Source: Escherichia phage BF15
Reading direction: 5' to 3' (one strand)
Length of the DNA: 64,000 bases
Sequence record: MW822007.1
Shown in pieces: positions 59,736 to 64,000 of the stretch (position 1 is the stretch's first letter; each line of letters begins with the position of its first letter). A model generated the notes under the pieces. It searched no databases, was not told the DNA's origin, and saw only the letters and a program-made list of their open reading frames with translations. The translations under genes were made by a program, and so were the position numbers.

Positions 59736-60329
59736 TTATTTCAGAGAATTGATGTATTCCTGAACATCGGCAGAGGTAGTTTCAACCCCGGAAATATTAC
59801 CGTTAAAGGTTTCAACTCGAGCAAGAGTATCTTCAATATCAACCTTAGTTAGCGCTGCGATTTCAACTACATCATCAGCAGTACTAATTCCAAGGGCATT
59901 TGCCGCACGAGTTTCACGGATATATTCCAATTTAACTGCAAGTTCTTGGCGAGCATCATCTAACTCAACTACTTTCTTGGCGATTTCAATTCGCATTTCA
60001 GCATAACCATCAGCTTTAGTAGTCAACTGCTCAGCTGTTCGACGATATAGTAAACCGAGTTTAGCATGCATTGTTACATCTTGACCTTCGGAAAGAAGTC
60101 TGCGAATTTCACGCTCTTTTGATTCGGCTTGTCGATTCTTTTCGATAACAAGTTCACGAATACGTTTTTCTTCATTAATAGATTTAACAGAAGCAGTTTT
60201 TAGGTCTTTAATTTTATCAAGTAATTTTGCTGCTGCAGCAGTATACTGTTCTTCAACAGATAAATTTTTAGCCATAGCAGAACCAAGTTTAGTGCGAATA
60301 AACTCAACAATTTTCTTCAGTGTGTTCAT
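59736..60329 (-). CDS. hypothetical alpha-helical protein
   Basis: 197 aa; long predicted helices; terminator downstream. Confidence 0.45.
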   Translation of the reverse strand: MNTLKKIVEFIRTKLGSAMAKNLSVEEQYTAAAAKLLDKIKDLKTASVKSINEEKRIRELVIEKNRQAESKEREIRRLLSEGQDVTMHAKLGLLYRRTAEQLTTKADGYAEMRIEIAKKVVELDDARQELAVKLEYIRETRAANALGISTADDVVEIAALTKVDIEDTLARVETFNGNISGVETTSADVQEYINSLK

Positions 60330-60385
60330 AGTATTTCCTTAGGTTGATACAATTAGATAATATCACGTTTTAATAAATTGTAAAC

Positions 60386-60721
60386 TTATTCTTCGTCTAG
60401 CTCATCGATAAAGACGTCAATGGCCTCGATAACGGCATCATTGATAGCCAATAAAGTAAAATCATCGTCAGTGTCTTTAGAAGATTCTAAAGCATTGATA
60501 TATGCTTTGTTAGCAAGTTCCCAAGCCTTTTTAAAATAAGGAGCTTCATCATCAGGGCCAACGAAACGTACACCTTCAAAGATACGGTTAGCATAATCCA
60601 ATACCCACTGTACAGGCATGCTTTGAGAACGTTCGTTAAACTCTTTAAATTCCTTAGATTCAAAAAGCTCTTCGGGATAATAATTTCGATTACAAAAAGC
60701 TTTACTAAAGTTACGTTTCAT
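60386..60721 (-). CDS. hypothetical protein (e.x)
   Basis: 111 aa acidic ORF. Confidence 0.4.
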   Translation of the reverse strand: MKRNFSKAFCNRNYYPEELFESKEFKEFNERSQSMPVQWVLDYANRIFEGVRFVGPDDEAPYFKKAWELANKAYINALESSKDTDDDFTLLAINDAVIEAIDVFIDELDEE

Positions 60722-60776
60722 AATGTTCTCCTCAAATTATGGGCTCATAATATCTCAATCATGAGCCCATGTAAAC

Positions 60777-61052
60777 TTATTTCATATTATTGAAATATTC
60801 TTCTGCGATTTCGTCGTTATCGTGGTAAACTTTAGAAGACAGTTTAACATAACCTTCAGCAGTGAACATGTTAATCACAACCTTTACAGTATACCACTGA
60901 CCATCTTCATTACCCATTACTGCGTAAGTTTCAAACATCGGATGGTCAGGACCGATAACTTTAATATCATTCACCGTACGACCGAAATCTTCTGAAACAC
61001 ATTTCAGAAAGAAGTTGAACAGTTCGCCGTAATTATCCATTTCGTTCTCCAA
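60777..61052 (-). CDS. hypothetical protein (e.x)
   Basis: track start is TTG; internal ATG at 61040; early promoter upstream. Confidence 0.4.
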   Translation of the reverse strand: MENEMDNYGELFNFFLKCVSEDFGRTVNDIKVIGPDHPMFETYAVMGNEDGQWYTVKVVINMFTAEGYVKLSSKVYHDNDEIAEEYFNNMK

Positions 61053-61083
61053 GTTGTTTTCTGTATCAGTAGTTGATATTGAT

Positions 61084-61113
61084 ATAGTACCATGGAAGAA
61101 CAGGGATGTAAAC
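61084..61113 (-). promoter_or_regulatory. T4-type early promoter
   Basis: minus strand GTTTAC-N18-TACTAT; conserved promoter-leader repeat. Confidence 0.55.
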
Positions 61114-61247
61114 CATTTTGTGAAAAAATTTTTTTAAAAGTTTTAGGGAATTCTAGGGCAGGGAGGGGCAATTAAAGGATAGGATAATATATTATAAAGG
61201 GTAGAAACTAAATGATGCCTAGAGAGGTCCAAAAAGGCCTAGATACT

Positions 61248-61274
61248 AAAAAGCCCCAACCTTTCGGCTGGGGC
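61248..61274 (-). terminator. terminator at end of tRNA/stable-RNA operon
   Basis: GCCCC...GGGGC hairpin plus U run just downstream of stable-RNA region. Confidence 0.55.
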
Positions 61275-61590
61275 TAAGCCTTGCGGCAACCTTGTCGGGG
61301 TTCCACCTGCTAAGGCAAGTGTTTGTACGAAACGCCGGGATTCGAACCCGGTTATTGAGCAGTTGACGCTACTCAATATTTTTAAAAGGCCATATCTCGA
61401 CCATATCCGAACGTTCCGTCAAAAACGCTACTCGGCTTATGGCAAAGATATTTCCTCGAATCGATAATTCGGTGCGCCGTTTCTGCTGTGATATAAGGGG
61501 GCATTAACAAAACATAAAGATTTATTAATGCCAGTCCTTAAACAGGGAACATCAGTCCGACGACTTGCCGGTAGCGACCCGGCTTCTTGT
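61275..61590 (-). ncRNA. stable RNA region downstream of tRNA-Arg (T4 species 1/2 RNA-like)
   Basis: no ORF; tRNA-like T-arm GGGTTCGAATCCCGG and hairpins; position as T4 rnaC/rnaD; boundaries approximate. Confidence 0.45.
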
Positions 61591-61591
61591 T

Positions 61592-61668
<77 letters not shown>

Positions 61669-61671
61669 TAA

Positions 61672-62337
61672 TTAAAATTTCATTTTTCGACCTTTAAACC
61701 ATCCTTCTGGAATTGGATCAGTTTTCTTAATACGTTTAGAAACTTTTTCATCTAATGAATGAATCCACATCATACCAAATTGGGAATTCTTTTCACCTTG
61801 TTGGTGTTTATTTCTGGCGTGAGATTCTTTCATTTTATTAATAGTTTCAGGAGTATGAGTCTTACCCAAGAAAGATTTAGTATTTAAAAATTTCTCTCTA
61901 TACTTAGGATTATCCCAAAGCTGTTTAAACCTTTCTGAACCCATTTTACGATATTTTTCTTTAAGGTCTGGGTCGTTCTCAAATCTGGTTTTAAAAGCGG
62001 CAGCTCCTTTTAAGGAAGCTTCTTTCTTTTTATCCAAATATTCTTTAGTGTTTAAATGGTCCCAACCACCTTCACCACCTAATTTCAAATTATAAACATC
62101 AGGGCGCTTTAAAAACTCTTCAGTCACAATATTCTTTTCTGACTCAAACATAGAGGTTTTATCGTCAAAGAACTCTAATATTTCTTTAGAAAAATTTTCT
62201 ATACCATACTTATCTTGGGCTCTTTTTAATAATTTACCAGAACCCATATATCCATCATCTAAATTTTCGGTAGAATGAGCGCCTATATAGATTTTATTAT
62301 TAATTTTATTTGTTATTTTATAAATGTAATGGAACAT
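61672..62337 (-). CDS. segB: GIY-YIG homing endonuclease SegB
   Basis: 221 aa; KIYIGAHS...YMGSG; inside tRNA cluster as T4 segB. Confidence 0.75.
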   Translation of the reverse strand: MFHYIYKITNKINNKIYIGAHSTENLDDGYMGSGKLLKRAQDKYGIENFSKEILEFFDDKTSMFESEKNIVTEEFLKRPDVYNLKLGGEGGWDHLNTKEYLDKKKEASLKGAAAFKTRFENDPDLKEKYRKMGSERFKQLWDNPKYREKFLNTKSFLGKTHTPETINKMKESHARNKHQQGEKNSQFGMMWIHSLDEKVSKRIKKTDPIPEGWFKGRKMKF

Positions 62338-62378
62338 AAATATCTCCTATTTCTAAGAGTATTTATGTTCTCAAAATA

Positions 62379-62450
62379 TGGCCCTGGGTGGAATTGAACC
62401 ACCATCTGGCGATTATGAGTCGCTTGCTTGAACCTTCCAGCTACAGGGCC
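62379..62450 (-). tRNA. tRNA-Ile (anticodon CAU; could be Met)
   Basis: anticodon loop CUCAUAA; T-arm GGTGGTTCAATTCCACC. Confidence 0.75.
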
Positions 62451-62456
62451 TTGATA

Positions 62457-62529
62457 TGCTGATTGACGGAATCGAACCGCCGACGTCCTCATTACAAGTG
62501 AGTTGCTCTACCTACTGAGCTAAATCAGC
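62457..62529 (-). tRNA. tRNA-Thr (anticodon UGU)
   Basis: D-arm GCTCAGTAGGTAGAGC; anticodon loop CUUGUAA. Confidence 0.8.
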
Positions 62530-62536
62530 GAAATTA

Positions 62537-62623
62537 CGGAGGCGATAGGATTTGAACCTATGAGTCGCCGGAGCGACTGCCGGTTTTCAAGACCGGTGCA
62601 TTAAACCACTCTGCCACGCCTCC
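62537..62623 (-). tRNA. tRNA-Ser (anticodon UGA)
   Basis: long variable arm; anticodon loop CUUGAAA. Confidence 0.8.
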
Positions 62624-62625
62624 AG

Positions 62626-62699
62626 TCTCCATACAAGGATTTGAACCTTGGACCTCCTGATCCCAAATCAGGCGCTCTACCAAACTGAGCTACACGGAG
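62626..62699 (-). tRNA. tRNA-Pro (anticodon UGG)
   Basis: anticodon loop UUUGGGA; 2 nt from tRNA-Ser (Pro-Ser dimer as in T4). Confidence 0.8.
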
Positions 62700-62711
62700 T
62701 AAATTAAATTT

Positions 62712-62783
<72 letters not shown>

Positions 62784-62789
62784 AAACTT

Positions 62790-62876
62790 TGGTACGAGAA
62801 GTGGGACTCGAACCCACAAGGAAATCATTCCGCAGCATTTTAAGTGCTGTGCCTTTACCAATTTGACCATTCTCGC
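62790..62876 (-). tRNA. tRNA-Leu (anticodon UAA), CCA encoded
   Basis: long variable arm; anticodon loop CUUAAAA. Confidence 0.8.
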
Positions 62877-62877
62877 G

Positions 62878-62950
62878 CTGGGAATAAAGGACTCGAACCT
62901 TTGCATCCTGGAATCAAAATCCAGTGCCTTACCAACTTGGCTAATTCCCA
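62878..62950 (-). tRNA. tRNA-Gln (anticodon UUG)
   Basis: anticodon loop UUUUGAU; T-loop TTCGAGT. Confidence 0.8.
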
Positions 62951-63047
62951 ATTATTAACAAAGGCTCTCAAACAAGAACCCTTGATGATAGAGGGTATTA
63001 ATCAGTGCGGTATGAGTTAATAATAACAAATAATTCTTAAAGCATAT

Positions 63048-63335
63048 TTACCATTTATGATGATACATATTTACGATGCATTCAAGATCCAAAGGATTCT
63101 TGAAAATATCATATTCAAGAGGACCTTTTTCTGTTTCAATAAAGAAATCAAAATTTACTGTGTTAAATTTACGGTCTTCCTTCGCTAATTTAACTTGAGA
63201 AGATGAACGGTCAATGTAAACTTTTTCAACTTCAAAACATGTTAAAATGCCATAATCATTAATCAAGGCTTTAGCCGCATCTTGATCATATTTATATCCA
63301 TTTTCAACGGACGATACTTTAGCATAAAGAATCAT
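63048..63335 (-). CDS. hypothetical protein (tRNA-adjacent)
   Basis: 95 aa ORF. Confidence 0.4.
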   Translation of the reverse strand: MILYAKVSSVENGYKYDQDAAKALINDYGILTCFEVEKVYIDRSSSQVKLAKEDRKFNTVNFDFFIETEKGPLEYDIFKNPLDLECIVNMYHHKW

Positions 63336-63337
63336 TA

Positions 63338-63721
63338 TCAGCCTTCATCAACAATAGTATGAGTATGGGCATTTACAATTTGCCACCAGTCAAAACGATT
63401 AGAACCATACATCGGTTTATTTTCATTTTCTTTGATAATATCACGAAGTTCATCTTCAGTAGCGGCTTTCGCGATTAAATCAGAATATCCACCACGAGGA
63501 TAATAATTATCACCCGCAAAAAGTAAAAAGTTCGGTTTAATATTATTGAACTCTTCAAGAGTAATAACTGTTCCTGATGGTAGTTGAACAATCTCTACAT
63601 ATTTATATCCTAATTTTTGAGCAGCATCTACTGCTTCAAGCAAAGTATCATGAGCCCATCCTATTTGACAATTCGGCTTTTTAGATGGATTAGCCTGATA
63701 ATCTGCGTACACTTTATACAT
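63338..63721 (-). CDS. hypothetical protein
   Basis: track ORF trimmed to ATG 63721 (MYKVYADYQ...). Confidence 0.4.
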   Translation of the reverse strand: MYKVYADYQANPSKKPNCQIGWAHDTLLEAVDAAQKLGYKYVEIVQLPSGTVITLEEFNNIKPNFLLFAGDNYYPRGGYSDLIAKAATEDELRDIIKENENKPMYGSNRFDWWQIVNAHTHTIVDEG

Positions 63722-63722
63722 T

Positions 63723-63908
63723 CTATTCACCTTTAGAAATTTTATCCATAACGATAGCAATTAAACCAATTAAAAATGCTACTACAAGTGAAAAAACATT
63801 TTCTGCTGTAGTCAATAATCCGCATATAAATCCAACAAACATTGAAAAACTAAAAGCGGAAGCAGAAATTGCAATAGCAACATTTCGAATTAATTCACAA
63901 CGTTTCAT
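63723..63908 (-). CDS. hypothetical small membrane protein
   Basis: 61 aa hydrophobic; early promoter at 63937-63966. Confidence 0.35.
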   Translation of the reverse strand: MKRCELIRNVAIAISASAFSFSMFVGFICGLLTTAENVFSLVVAFLIGLIAIVMDKISKGE

Positions 63909-63936
63909 TTTATTCTCCTCAGTAGTTGATAGGGTA

Positions 63937-63966
63937 ATAGTATCACTACCCTATCTAAAAGTAAAC
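63937..63966 (-). promoter_or_regulatory. T4-type early promoter
   Basis: minus strand GTTTAC-N18-TACTAT. Confidence 0.5.
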
Positions 63967-64000
63967 TGTTTTTATAAACTATTTTATTCCGCGTGATGCA

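Noticed and set aside
59736-60329. PspA/IM30-like assignment for the 197 aa helical ORF
   Set aside because: Only the general helical, coiled-coil character resembles PspA; no convincing motif match, so it is left as hypothetical

Overview
This window is the early-gene arm of a T-even (T4-like) coliphage genome, read from dexA/dda at the left to the tRNA cluster and segB at the right. Nearly all genes lie on the minus strand, tightly packed and often start/stop-coupled, with recurring T4-type early promoters (GTTTAC-N18-TATAAT-like on the minus strand) and UUCG-tetraloop stem-loops. Recognisable genes include dexA, dda, srd, modA/modB, soc, 56, dam, 61, sp, dmd, 41, uvsX, 42, imm, 43 (with its translational operator), regA, 62, 44, 45, rpbA, 46, 47, alpha-gt, 55, nrdH/nrdG/nrdD, 49, nrdC, rI, tk, regB, internal proteins, lysozyme e, nudE, eight tRNAs and segB. 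Identifications rest on reading the translated ORFs against remembered T4 proteins; no database search was run. Relative to T4 as I recall it, this phage lacks segF, an nrdD intron and denV, carries a different glycosyltransferase at the beta-gt locus, and has extra homing-endonuclease and internal-protein genes. The most interesting candidates for undescribed biology are: (1) a PD-(D/E)xK-type nuclease gene translationally coupled to dam, next to the only plus-strand gene; (2) a nucleotidyltransferase-like plus P-loop ATPase gene pair; (3) a tandem array of four diverged paralogs with C-terminal coiled coils; (4) a macro-domain protein; (5) a GrcA-like glycyl-radical gene with a host-like GC-rich 3' half. 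ORF-track starts are sometimes non-ATG; several starts were moved to an internal ATG with a Shine-Dalgarno sequence.
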